DNA from: Christensenellaceae bacterium
GTDB lineage: Bacteria; Bacillota; Clostridia; Christensenellales; Borkfalkiaceae
Direction of reading: 5' to 3'
NCBI GenBank assembly: GCA_045656465.1
Contig: JAZORG010000097.1
Span: 1-48,856, forward strand
DNA: 48,856 nucleotides
In this document: positions 1-8,742 of the stretch, one piece after another
How positions within the stretch are numbered: position 1 is the stretch's first letter
Layout: every line of letters begins with the position of its first letter
The notes under the pieces: model-generated
Told to the model about the DNA's origin: nothing
The model's database searches: none
What the model saw: only the letters and a program-made list of their open reading frames with translations
Program-made: the position numbers and the translations under genes

Positions 1-77
1 GTTGCTTCATTTCGGGAGAGTTATTTCGGCTGTCCGTTTGTGGACAAATGTTTCCGTGCCATAATTCTTTGATTACA

Positions 78-377
78 TCATTCATCGCTAACCTCCATAA
101 TAACAGAGGACGACCCATTACCGACTTGGCTCGGCTCTGAATCGTCCTCTTGGCTTAGATTTAATGCTTCTTCAATCGTGTGTGCTGTCACGAGTTTACC
201 TATCCAATTGGCAAGCTCTACTGTACTCATATTCTTACCTCGACACTTTTCAAGATCTTTAATGACTTTCTTAAGTACCTTTTCGCTTGCCTTGGGATAC
301 ATGTTTTTTAACGCTTGCAATATCATTTTGTTACCTCCTGTTATTGGTAACACCCACAATACCACAGAAGAGAGCAT
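78..377 (-). CDS. Small hypothetical protein. The true start is probably the ATG at 326, giving about 82 aa.
   Basis: ORF track. The internal ATG (324-326) is preceded by AGGAGGT plus a 6-nt spacer. Helical with an acidic C-terminus. No family recognised. Separated from the upstream phage genes by a hairpin at 473-510. Confidence 0.45.
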   Translation of the reverse strand: MLSSVVLWVLPITGGNKMILQALKNMYPKASEKVLKKVIKDLEKCRGKNMSTVELANWIGKLVTAHTIEEALNLSQEDDSEPSQVGNGSSSVIMEVSDE

Positions 378-472
378 AAGTCCAGTACTTTTTTGAAAAC
401 AAAACCAACTTTTTTCGCCGGGCTTATTCTTTGTTTATTGTGGCGCAAATTTTGAGGAGCGGAAGTATAAAG

Positions 473-510
473 AAAAATGCAACACAGACCTTCGTCCATG
501 TTGCATTTTT
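473..510 (-). terminator. Putative rho-independent terminator after the 301-aa phage-module gene
   Basis: Perfect 12-nt inverted repeat, AAAAATGCAACA (473-484) and TGTTGCATTTTT (499-510), with a 14-nt loop. There are T-runs on both strands. The stem is AT-rich, so it is weak. Confidence 0.4.
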
Positions 511-617
511 CTTGTTCAGCCACTCTCAATCGGCTTTTTCTCTTGGATTGAACTTAATATCCTTATGAGAACCTGCCTTTACCCTGCACTTTTTTGTTAG
601 TTTAACTAATTATTTTT

Positions 618-1523
618 TTATATAGTGAAAACTCCTGCACGAAGTCCATACATATACGCCACGTTGCTGTAATAATCCTCTAGAAAAATAGTAAGCCTCT
701 TTTCCTTATTGTAATCATTATAAGCGTTAAGTGGTTCCATACGGTCGTAATAACCGCAAACACATTTAACAACGTCATCATAATACCCTAAATCAATAAG
801 TTGGTCTTTAGTGAGTTCCACCATATTTGCTTCCATCCACTTTAAATATAGGCTCATATTAGAACGTTTGATTGTGTTTTCGTGCGTTTGCATTTGAATT
901 TCCAAAGTATTGTTATATTTAAATACTTCTCTTGCCGTTGTATCCGCCTTTTCTTTTAACTCGTCAACTTTAGCAAGAATTCTCTTCTCGTGCAACGACG
1001 AATAATAAGTATCTGCATTAGTTAGACTTTCTTCAAGCATAGTAAGAGTTGCATTATGTTCTGCAAGAGCATTATCTTTTTGAGTTGAAATGCTAAGCAA
1101 CTTTTCGTTCTTATCCTTTTCTAAACTTGTGAGTTTATCGAGGTATGCACTCGTATTGATAAGCCCGTTTTTAACTGCTTGCTCACGCAATTTTGTTTGG
1201 CTTTGCTCAAACAACGTCTTTGCACTTTCCGCTAATTTATCGTAATTTTGAGTTGTTGAAGTTATTTGACTATTTACCTTTGCAATCCTTTCGTTTATAT
1301 CCTTTTTTAGAGCAAGAATTTCCTTTTCTTCCTCTGCATCAAGCAAGGTTTCTGCGCGTGCTCTAAGCGTTTCGCTATCAGGAACGGTATAATCAATTTT
1401 ATCTAGTTTTAAACTAAGTTGTTCTACAAGTTCAAAATTAGACTTTTGATATCTGTAATAATGAAATAATTCTGTAAGTGTAGCGTACATTTCCTCTTTT
1501 GTCGTCGGCAACGCAAATTCCAT
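618..1523 (-). CDS. Hypothetical coiled-coil protein of the phage module (301 aa)
   Basis: Long ORF, 4 nt downstream of the preceding gene. Central heptad-like, K/E/L-rich region. No family recognised. Confidence 0.6.
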   Translation of the reverse strand: MEFALPTTKEEMYATLTELFHYYRYQKSNFELVEQLSLKLDKIDYTVPDSETLRARAETLLDAEEEKEILALKKDINERIAKVNSQITSTTQNYDKLAESAKTLFEQSQTKLREQAVKNGLINTSAYLDKLTSLEKDKNEKLLSISTQKDNALAEHNATLTMLEESLTNADTYYSSLHEKRILAKVDELKEKADTTAREVFKYNNTLEIQMQTHENTIKRSNMSLYLKWMEANMVELTKDQLIDLGYYDDVVKCVCGYYDRMEPLNAYNDYNKEKRLTIFLEDYYSNVAYMYGLRAGVFTI

Positions 1524-1527
1524 AAAA

Positions 1528-2769
1528 TCACCCCCTAACCGTATATTTTAGCGTAATATTTTTGACAAAAAACTCTTTGTCTTTCCACGTTAACTTAAGG
1601 CAAAAGTCAGTCGTGTCATAGTTAAGCATAAAAGTATTATTACCCTTTTTTAAGGTAATTTTCTTTTCTCCGTTTTCCCCAACAAGCGTAAGCAGACATT
1701 TAGAGCCAACGTATGCAGAAATTTTGACCAAATTCTTTGCGCCTATTTCTCCCGCCGTCAACCTTTTACTTATCCATTCACCGCCAGAAAATTCTCCCTC
1801 ATCCTCAAATAGCGAAAACAATAAATTTTCTGATAGTATTATTCCGTTATCGGCAATTTTATCTGTTGAATACCCCAAAAATTCTTCTTCTCCGCTAACT
1901 GTGTCATAAACAAAAATTCCCATCTGGTCATCATTGTCAAGATAAGAAATTATTAACTTCCCATCTTTTTTAGTTATTCCATTACACTTTTTAATCTTGT
2001 TATTCATTAGGCAATTAACCGAACTTATTTTTTGACCGTCAAAAGCATAAAGGATTCCATTACTTATAAAGAAGATTTTGTCAAAATTACGTTTTACAGA
2101 ATTTTCCAAAATCTTAATCGGTGAAGAACAGATTTTTTCTAAAATAAAATCAATACTTTCGGTATCACTTATAATGCGATATATAGCGCTTTCACAAAAA
2201 ACGTAAAGACAATCTTTATATTCACATAATTGCAAAATTTTGCCGTCGCTTGAACTTGTATTAAAAGTTGCGTAAGGTGTTAAAGGAATCGTTGCCTCTT
2301 CAAAATCATAACCGTCGTGCGCTGTTACACAGTTTTGATATGCGGAAAAAAGTCTGTCTTTTACTACCGCCATACTTGTCGTTTTTGGCATTGATACGTC
2401 AGAAAAACCGCTTTGTCCATGAAGAACAGCGTTTCCGTTATCATCAGCAAATAGTATTCTGTTCTGTCCACTAACTTTAATGACTGTTGCACAAAGTTTA
2501 CCAAATTGCTTTTGTATTGACTGTCCGTCCCCACTCTCTTTTAGTTCGTAAAGACCATCATTATACTTAAAAAATAATCGCTCATCTAAATAATGAATAC
2601 TTTCAGGACTAGTATCAAAAGGAATGCTCAAATTAATTTGACTTACCGAACTTGAGGATTTTATTCCGTTTTTAGAAAAATTCAAATTAATTGCTCGTGC
2701 TGTTTTAGACTTAAAATCCGACAACGTATAGGTTTTTTGTGCTCTTTTCACCTTTTCTATACCTTTCAT
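1528..2769 (-). CDS. Hypothetical phage structural-module protein (413 aa)
   Basis: Long ORF whose start overlaps the stop of the upstream gene by 1 nt (2769). Composition looks beta-rich. No family recognised. Confidence 0.6.
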   Translation of the reverse strand: MKGIEKVKRAQKTYTLSDFKSKTARAINLNFSKNGIKSSSSVSQINLSIPFDTSPESIHYLDERLFFKYNDGLYELKESGDGQSIQKQFGKLCATVIKVSGQNRILFADDNGNAVLHGQSGFSDVSMPKTTSMAVVKDRLFSAYQNCVTAHDGYDFEEATIPLTPYATFNTSSSDGKILQLCEYKDCLYVFCESAIYRIISDTESIDFILEKICSSPIKILENSVKRNFDKIFFISNGILYAFDGQKISSVNCLMNNKIKKCNGITKKDGKLIISYLDNDDQMGIFVYDTVSGEEEFLGYSTDKIADNGIILSENLLFSLFEDEGEFSGGEWISKRLTAGEIGAKNLVKISAYVGSKCLLTLVGENGEKKITLKKGNNTFMLNYDTTDFCLKLTWKDKEFFVKNITLKYTVRG

Positions 2770-3329
2770 TATTGCCAGCTCCTTTCTTTAATTGAGGCGT
2801 TTTTTACCGAGCGACGATTATTTATACTTTCCACATATCGACCATGCCACATAACAGCTTCTTCAAATGAACCCTTACAAATACAAAATTCCGCCGTAAG
2901 ACCGTAAGCTAGCGCTCCTACGCTGATATCACTTTCCGAATAACCTATAGCGTCGTTAAGGTCGTAATTTGGAGGCGCATATTCATATTCAATTTGTTTT
3001 GTTCCACTTTCAACCTTAATAAAAAATGCCTCGTCTGAAAAATTAACTGCCCTATCGTTTAAATCATAAACATTTATAATCCTAAGAGGGCGTTCAGAAA
3101 GCAAAGAGTATTCGATTTTTCCATTTTTTATCGATACCGTTTCCTTTTTTCGCATAGGAATAAAAGTGCCTGCAAGTTCACTGATAACAAGATTTAAGAG
3201 GGTTACAAAAGTATTTATTGCCGGCAAAGTTTGTTCGCCTACGTTGCTGTTTTCTCCGTCTAGATATGCAACTATATCTTCACGATTTAGTAGTGATGCA
3301 GAAGTTTTTATAATTTCTTTTACAGTCAT
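2769..3329 (-). CDS. Hypothetical phage head-associated protein (186 aa)
   Basis: First ORF after the capsid-gene hairpin, with RBS AAAGGAGAAGAA before the ATG at 3329. Its position is typical of head-completion or connector proteins, but no motif was recognised. Confidence 0.55.
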   Translation of the reverse strand: MTVKEIIKTSASLLNREDIVAYLDGENSNVGEQTLPAINTFVTLLNLVISELAGTFIPMRKKETVSIKNGKIEYSLLSERPLRIINVYDLNDRAVNFSDEAFFIKVESGTKQIEYEYAPPNYDLNDAIGYSESDISVGALAYGLTAEFCICKGSFEEAVMWHGRYVESINNRRSVKNASIKERSWQ

Positions 3330-3342
3330 TTCTTCTCCTTTT

Positions 3343-3379
3343 TATAAAAATTTCCGCACCGCAAAAGCAGTGCGGAAAT
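3343..3379 (-). terminator. Stem-loop/partial terminator immediately after the major capsid gene
   Basis: Perfect 10-bp stem, ATTTCCGCAC (3350-3359) and GTGCGGAAAT (3370-3379), with a 10-nt loop. It is followed on the minus strand by TTTTTATA. A hairpin after the capsid gene is common in phage late operons. Confidence 0.55.
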
Positions 3380-3401
3380 CTATTTTTTTATTTAAAGGTT
3401 A

Positions 3402-4577
3402 TTAATCTTCGTTAAGATTAATTAATGCTCCTTGAGCATAAGGACGGGCGCAGATAAGTTCTGCATATTTAACTAGCGTTGCCGTGTAAACAGGTTTGCC
3501 TGCTACTTGTTTCAACACCTTTCCGTCATCTCCTGTAAGCCATTGCCAATCACAAAGTTGATGCAAAGCAAAGTCGTTAGAGTTAAGAAGATAAACCGTA
3601 TATTTAGGACAAAATCTATCTGCTACAATCGGAATACCGTTATATGTCATCGCTTTATATCCGCCTGCAAGTTCAACTGAATTTACCATATGGTTTTTCT
3701 CTCTAAGCATTTTATAAATTTCTCTACGCATTCCTAAAGAACACATAATAACGTTTACAGGTGTTCCTGAATTTTGCTCTACTAAATCAAGTGTTTTTTG
3801 CAATACGTCTTCATTTATGTCGCCCATAACATCGGTAATTATCGGTTTCATCCATTGATTTTCGCTACGTTTCAATCCGTAAAGAGATTCAGATGTCGTG
3901 TCAAAAATTGCCTGCAATCCTGTAATTTCGTTACCTTTAGAGCCGTGAACAGTTACGTAACCATTCTTAATAACGTCTGTGGGTGTTTCACCATCGATTG
4001 TAATAGCAAGCCCGCCAAGCGTTACCGACCTAACGCGTCTTGCCTCGTACCCTTCTATAAGTTGTCCATCACTATTGTAAAAGTCTATTAGCATTCCTTC
4101 TATTAGACCTGCATTTTCAAACAAGTTAATTCTGCCGTCACTAAGAACTGCCGATACTCCGCTGATATTACCAGAGCCATCGCCGAATAACATTCTACCA
4201 AGATTGAATTTGCTAGATTTTATCAAGCCTTCCATCTCTGCGTTAAGAAGACTTACAAAAGCCCCCGTGTTGTTTTCAGACGCTCTAATTGCCTTGTCGG
4301 AAATTTCAATAACACCGTAAAGGTTTTTAAGCGTACTTACAAACTGGCTGTAGTTGTTTCCTGTTGCACTTGGTAAGATTCCATCTTCCGTACCTGCGCC
4401 GATTCCACCGTTTATACCGTGGATTGCTAGTTTTCTAATTTCCTTACCCCAAACGTCCTCGCTAGTCTTTTCTATCATTGCTAAGAAAGGGTTTACGTTA
4501 TTGTTGAGTTGTTCGCTTATCGCATCGAGATAAACTGATTTTAATGCGCTATCCGCATTTGCTAAATTTACTGCCAT
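3402..4577 (-). CDS. Phage major capsid protein (391 aa)
   Basis: Sits directly after the scaffold gene. Size is typical and the RBS (AGGAGAA) is strong. The N-terminal sequence (MAVNLANADSALKSVYLDAISEQL...) resembles capsid/coat families from memory. Not verified by search. Confidence 0.7.
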   Translation of the reverse strand: MAVNLANADSALKSVYLDAISEQLNNNVNPFLAMIEKTSEDVWGKEIRKLAIHGINGGIGAGTEDGILPSATGNNYSQFVSTLKNLYGVIEISDKAIRASENNTGAFVSLLNAEMEGLIKSSKFNLGRMLFGDGSGNISGVSAVLSDGRINLFENAGLIEGMLIDFYNSDGQLIEGYEARRVRSVTLGGLAITIDGETPTDVIKNGYVTVHGSKGNEITGLQAIFDTTSESLYGLKRSENQWMKPIITDVMGDINEDVLQKTLDLVEQNSGTPVNVIMCSLGMRREIYKMLREKNHMVNSVELAGGYKAMTYNGIPIVADRFCPKYTVYLLNSNDFALHQLCDWQWLTGDDGKVLKQVAGKPVYTATLVKYAELICARPYAQGALINLNED

Positions 4578-4591
4578 AATTTCTCCTGTTA

Positions 4592-5005
4592 TTATTTATT
4601 AAATATTTCCTGCGCCAACATTCCTGCTTGCGCAATGTTTTTTGGTCGGCTAACAGGCGTAGTTACGCTAACACCCGTTCCGTCCATAACTATTGCCGTC
4701 TGCTTTTTAGCCATAACACCTTTAAGGAATTCTTTTATAATATCGTTGTCTTCCGTGTGGTGTTTATCCTCTTCCGTTTGCGTCGGGGGAGTTTCCTTAT
4801 CGACGGCGGAAATTTTTGCTTCGAGTTCCTTTACCCTCTGACAGCGTTTGGTAAATTCAGATTGTAAAGAATTGTACGCATTAAGCAATGCCTCGGCATC
4901 CTTAAACTTGCCAAATGAGACTTCTACACTACTTTCGCCATTCATACTTTCCGCCTCTGCGGGGTGCGCTACGGTTTCCGTTTGTTCATTTTTGACTTGT
5001 TCCAT
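4592..5005 (-). CDS. Putative scaffolding protein (137 aa)
   Basis: Small, acidic, helical protein encoded between portal and capsid. RBS is AAGGAGAA. Overlaps the portal 3' end by 20 nt. Confidence 0.55.
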   Translation of the reverse strand: MEQVKNEQTETVAHPAEAESMNGESSVEVSFGKFKDAEALLNAYNSLQSEFTKRCQRVKELEAKISAVDKETPPTQTEEDKHHTEDNDIIKEFLKGVMAKKQTAIVMDGTGVSVTTPVSRPKNIAQAGMLAQEIFNK

Positions 5006-6866
5006 TTTTTTGTTCTCCTTTTTCTATTGTTCTTTCTTTATGTTTTAATATATGCGTATAATATCTTTGTTTCTGCTGGTCGTTAAGGCTTTTGTATTCA
5101 CTTAAAACGTATCTTGTATGTTCGTCAATGTGAATCTCGTCGTTATCTATTTCCTCAACCAAACAGTCCTCTACACGCATTCTTTCATTTTCGTCTAACG
5201 CTTTTTCTTCGTGAAGTCTAGACAACCCTTTCTGGTAATCCAAGTCTTTGTATCCTAAAAGAGAAAGCAATTTTTCCTTTGTGTTTGAACGGATTTTTCC
5301 CTCGTCGTCGTGTAACAATCCGCTCTCGTATAATTTAAATAGCATTTCTTTTTTCTGACTATGTGTATATAGTAATTCGTTTTCACTATCTAAATACACG
5401 TCGTCTGACGACATAACTCCCTCGTCAGCGTAGAAGATTTTTACCTTTTCATATTCGCCAGGTAAGCGAATTGCACGCACGCCTTCAGTAAACTGTGCAT
5501 AAAGGCGTATAACTTTTTTTGCTACTCCTAAATATGCGTTTCTTATTTCTTCTGCTGTCATAATCAATCTAGCGTTATCTTGTTCGACTAGAATTTCTAA
5601 CGCTGTACCACTTGATAGGGATGCGTTTGACGAACTCGACGAAACGTCGCTTACACCGCTGACTATAACAAACTCGTTTATGAGCCTACTTTCTTCTTCG
5701 CTAAAGTCGGGAGGTATAGTTGTTTCAGACATTATTTCGGGGGCTTTACTGCCCTGTCTATAAACCAAAACCTTACCTGGAGATAATCCGTCCTCTGCAA
5801 GGTCATCTACATCCACCGATCCGTCTTCTACTGTTAAAATCCCCATAGAAAGTCTGTTTAAGAATTCGTGTTTGCGATTTTTTACAGCGTTCAATGCGCG
5901 CTGAATAGGTATTAGCCTGTCGATTATACTTGTTCCAAAAAATGCACCTGTAACCGGCATTGAAGTTTGTTTTACAAACGGGTATCCCTTTTGTTTTTTA
6001 TCTCCCGTAATATAGGGAAGTTCGCCAACATATAAAAGTTTTCCACCAGCAACGGTAACCATTCTGCCTTGGGGAAATCTATTGTTCGGTCGTTCATATC
6101 TTTCGATAACGATAACCGAATTATCCACCGTCTCTTTAGCATTGCTAAATTGTCCGTCCGTTTGCTTTTGGAGGTTAAATACGCTTAGTTTCTCACCTTT
6201 AACCAAAACGCCGTACTTTTCGTAAACGGCGTTTACCCCCATAGCCCTTGCGTGAATTATGCTTTCACAATCGTCAATGTCCTGATTGTAAATATTATCG
6301 GGAAAAATCTCAAAAGGTGAAACGGCTAAAATTTTAACCTCCCCCTCGAATACTTGTTTTTCATCCATTTCTCCCAAAGCGTTTCCGCCCAAATTATCCC
6401 ACACGACCTTATAAAATCCCGTTCCGCACGTTTCGCTCCAAGATATAACTTTTTTCGCCACTTCTGAAAACTTATTTAGTTTAAAAGCGTTTTCTATGAG
6501 TTTTTCTGCAACGTTAGCATTTGAAACGTCTTTATCATCATCAGATTTTGGGCGGACGGATATTTGCGGTTGAATTCTAATAAACTTTGCTAGCCTACTG
6601 TCGATAATAGGCGCTATATGATTAAAAACTCCCCTCGACTGCCAGAAAAATTCCTTTCCGTCCGTCTCTATTTCCCCTCTTGAATTTATCCCACAATACT
6701 GGTTGCCTTGCAGAAAATTCATATTCAATTCCCATTGTCTTTCTAAAGAAAGTCTTTCTTTTCTTCTACGCTCAAAGTCTTCTTCTACTCCTGCAATAAG
6801 GTCTTGTTCATATTTATCATTTTCAAACTGTTCTATATCTTTAGTTCCCTTTTTATCGTTTTGCAA
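4986..6866 (-). CDS. Phage portal protein (626 aa; TTG start)
   Basis: Lies between terminase and scaffold/capsid, with a typical size. N-terminal segment (LSLERQWELNMNFLQGNQY) looks portal-like. The TTG start is supported by AAGGAGAA plus a 6-nt spacer. Confidence 0.75.
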   Translation of the reverse strand: MQNDKKGTKDIEQFENDKYEQDLIAGVEEDFERRRKERLSLERQWELNMNFLQGNQYCGINSRGEIETDGKEFFWQSRGVFNHIAPIIDSRLAKFIRIQPQISVRPKSDDDKDVSNANVAEKLIENAFKLNKFSEVAKKVISWSETCGTGFYKVVWDNLGGNALGEMDEKQVFEGEVKILAVSPFEIFPDNIYNQDIDDCESIIHARAMGVNAVYEKYGVLVKGEKLSVFNLQKQTDGQFSNAKETVDNSVIVIERYERPNNRFPQGRMVTVAGGKLLYVGELPYITGDKKQKGYPFVKQTSMPVTGAFFGTSIIDRLIPIQRALNAVKNRKHEFLNRLSMGILTVEDGSVDVDDLAEDGLSPGKVLVYRQGSKAPEIMSETTIPPDFSEEESRLINEFVIVSGVSDVSSSSSNASLSSGTALEILVEQDNARLIMTAEEIRNAYLGVAKKVIRLYAQFTEGVRAIRLPGEYEKVKIFYADEGVMSSDDVYLDSENELLYTHSQKKEMLFKLYESGLLHDDEGKIRSNTKEKLLSLLGYKDLDYQKGLSRLHEEKALDENERMRVEDCLVEEIDNDEIHIDEHTRYVLSEYKSLNDQQKQRYYTHILKHKERTIEKGEQKNGTSQK

Positions 6867-6879
6867 TTGATATTCTCCT

Positions 6880-7164
6880 TTATCCGTTTTTTAATAATTT
6901 TAATAGGCGTTCTTTCTCTTCTTTTAATTGCTCGTCAGTCATCATTGAAATAGGTTTAACGTCTTCTTCAAGTAACATTTTCAATGCCGTGATATCAGGT
7001 GGAACGTTCTTCTTTGTTACTCTTTTCTTTGTGAGTTTAATTCCCTCACCGTCTTCTGAATATTCTTCCACTACCTCTGTAAAGTCGTAACCTAACGCCT
7101 TCTTTTCTAATGCCTTTTTTAATTTTGTTCTTGCTTGATGTTCGGTTTTATCTTTTTCTTTCAT
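6880..7164 (-). CDS. Small, highly charged K/E-rich protein between TerL and portal (94 aa); function unknown
   Basis: ORF track. Overlaps the TerL 3' end by 17 nt. No clear RBS. Could be a DNA-binding packaging accessory protein, but this is unverified. Confidence 0.45.
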   Translation of the reverse strand: MKEKDKTEHQARTKLKKALEKKALGYDFTEVVEEYSEDGEGIKLTKKRVTKKNVPPDITALKMLLEEDVKPISMMTDEQLKEEKERLLKLLKNG

Positions 7165-8617
7165 TCATAATTTTTTTAATTAACCTCTCCTTATCTATTT
7201 GTATAGCGGTTTTAACCTTTTTCGGCGGAGTGTTTTCAGGTTTTGTCATCAAATAATACCTTAATTCGTCTAAACTATGATCGTCCTTTTTAACAGGATT
7301 TTCATTCTCTCCCCAACGGTAACTTTTAATTTCCCTAATAAGGTTTACGCATTGTGGAAAAATTCGCAATTTTGGCACACCGTTTGTGCATTTTAAATAC
7401 TGTTTAACCCTTTGAATACCACTAAACATATCCTTGTTAACCTGGGGATTAGCCATTATACCGAAATCGAAAAACAACTCGGTAACACTCCTATTAGACG
7501 CTAAAGTTTTCTGATTTGCAGCAGAATCAATGAGGGCATTTATTCTTCCAAAAGAATCTTTTTTCCAACCGAGTTTTTTGCTTATCTCGATAATCCTTTC
7601 TGAATGATAGGCTATATCTCTTCCCGCTTCGTAATGTTCTGCAACCACGTAAACGTTTCCATCGTAATCTACGCAATACCAATGAGCAGACAAGGGATTA
7701 TTGAGTCCAGGGTCAATGGATATTATATCTTGCCATTCAGAGGGAAGATTCATTGGCTCACTCATTACGTGAACGTTTTCATCAAATTCAGGATAAACCA
7801 ATCCGCTTGAATGCTTAAACCGCCCAAATCTTCTGCTTTCAAGTTGGTCTAAGGATAGCGAAGATGAAAGATTATCAACTTCCGTTGCATCTAAATATGG
7901 ATTGTCCGCCCACTCCATAAACTCATACCACACTTGCTTATCGTTATTTTTATTTAAGTAAATCTCGTCGTATATAAATGTAAGCCCTTTTAGCGGAGTC
8001 ATTGTTCCAAAAATTTCACCCTTTTTATCGAGAACACGCATACGGCACTCGTCATAAATGTCTTTTGGGGGTTCTTCATCAAACCATACAAAATCGAGAG
8101 AACTACCTTGGAACTTTTCTCTCCCTTGATCGCACGACTTAAACCCTATTACCGAAACACCTCCGAAAACGTTTTTTATTCTGATTTGATCAATCACACC
8201 ATATTTTAGGCTGTCTTTCTTTCCCGATATCATAGTAACGTCTAATATCCAAGATGGATTTATGTAGTTTAAGACTTTTGCTTGCGCAACGTCCCTTTGT
8301 ACTTGTTGAGAAAGCGAAACCACCCACCCGAATACGTTATCTTTGTTTTTCCTATACGGATGAACACCCCTTGCCATATATACTGTTTCTACCGCACCAC
8401 ATTCGGTTTTTCCACTACGGTTTCCGCCAAAAACCCATCTGTTTTTCTTTGGGTTTTTGTGAAAAGCAACTTGTTTTAAGTGAACTTTTTCGCCCGTATT
8501 GTATTTGTTTAAGTTATCGTGTTCTAATCGAAACTTTTCTTCCTTTTCGATTTCCAAAATCCTTTCAATTATCTCTCTCATATTTCCCTCAATCTTCGGC
8601 GCAATTGTAACAGTCAT
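7148..8617 (-). CDS. terL: Phage terminase large subunit
   Basis: Walker A-like GGNRSGKT and Walker B-like LDFVWFDEEP. C-terminal RNaseH-like nuclease signatures (ISIDPG, DDHSLDELRY). 489 aa. Confidence 0.9.
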   Translation of the reverse strand: MTVTIAPKIEGNMREIIERILEIEKEEKFRLEHDNLNKYNTGEKVHLKQVAFHKNPKKNRWVFGGNRSGKTECGAVETVYMARGVHPYRKNKDNVFGWVVSLSQQVQRDVAQAKVLNYINPSWILDVTMISGKKDSLKYGVIDQIRIKNVFGGVSVIGFKSCDQGREKFQGSSLDFVWFDEEPPKDIYDECRMRVLDKKGEIFGTMTPLKGLTFIYDEIYLNKNNDKQVWYEFMEWADNPYLDATEVDNLSSSLSLDQLESRRFGRFKHSSGLVYPEFDENVHVMSEPMNLPSEWQDIISIDPGLNNPLSAHWYCVDYDGNVYVVAEHYEAGRDIAYHSERIIEISKKLGWKKDSFGRINALIDSAANQKTLASNRSVTELFFDFGIMANPQVNKDMFSGIQRVKQYLKCTNGVPKLRIFPQCVNLIREIKSYRWGENENPVKKDDHSLDELRYYLMTKPENTPPKKVKTAIQIDKERLIKKIMNERKR

Positions 8618-8688
8618 TTCTTAATTTGCAAGGGGTTTATGACATAATTTTATAAAAAAATTTTTTGCATTTTTCTATAAAATGACGT

Positions 8689-8720
8689 AAAAAAACAGCC
8701 AGTTATTATATAACTGACTG
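8689..8720 (-). terminator. Rho-independent terminator of the MATE transporter gene
   Basis: 11-bp stem, CAGCCAGTTAT (8696-8706) and ATAACTGACTG (8710-8720), with one G-U-type mismatch and a 3-nt loop. Followed on the minus strand by a run of 7 T. Confidence 0.6.
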
Positions 8721-8742
8721 CTTAATTTTTTTCCTTTTGTCT

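Larger units (their letters stand above)
1..8688 (-). mobile_element. Phage-derived head-morphogenesis/packaging module. It is either a prophage remnant or one end of a prophage or satellite, and may continue beyond the window start.
   Basis: Co-directional, tightly packed genes in the canonical order TerL, portal, scaffold, major capsid, then unknown structural ORFs. The right boundary is set by the host MATE-gene terminator at 8689-8720. No integrase, repressor or replication genes are visible. Confidence 0.6.

Noticed and set aside
341-529. 62-aa minus-strand ORF in the 378-617 spacer
   Set aside because: It spans the terminator-like hairpin at 473-510, overlaps the start region of the 99-aa ORF, lacks an RBS and has an implausible composition.
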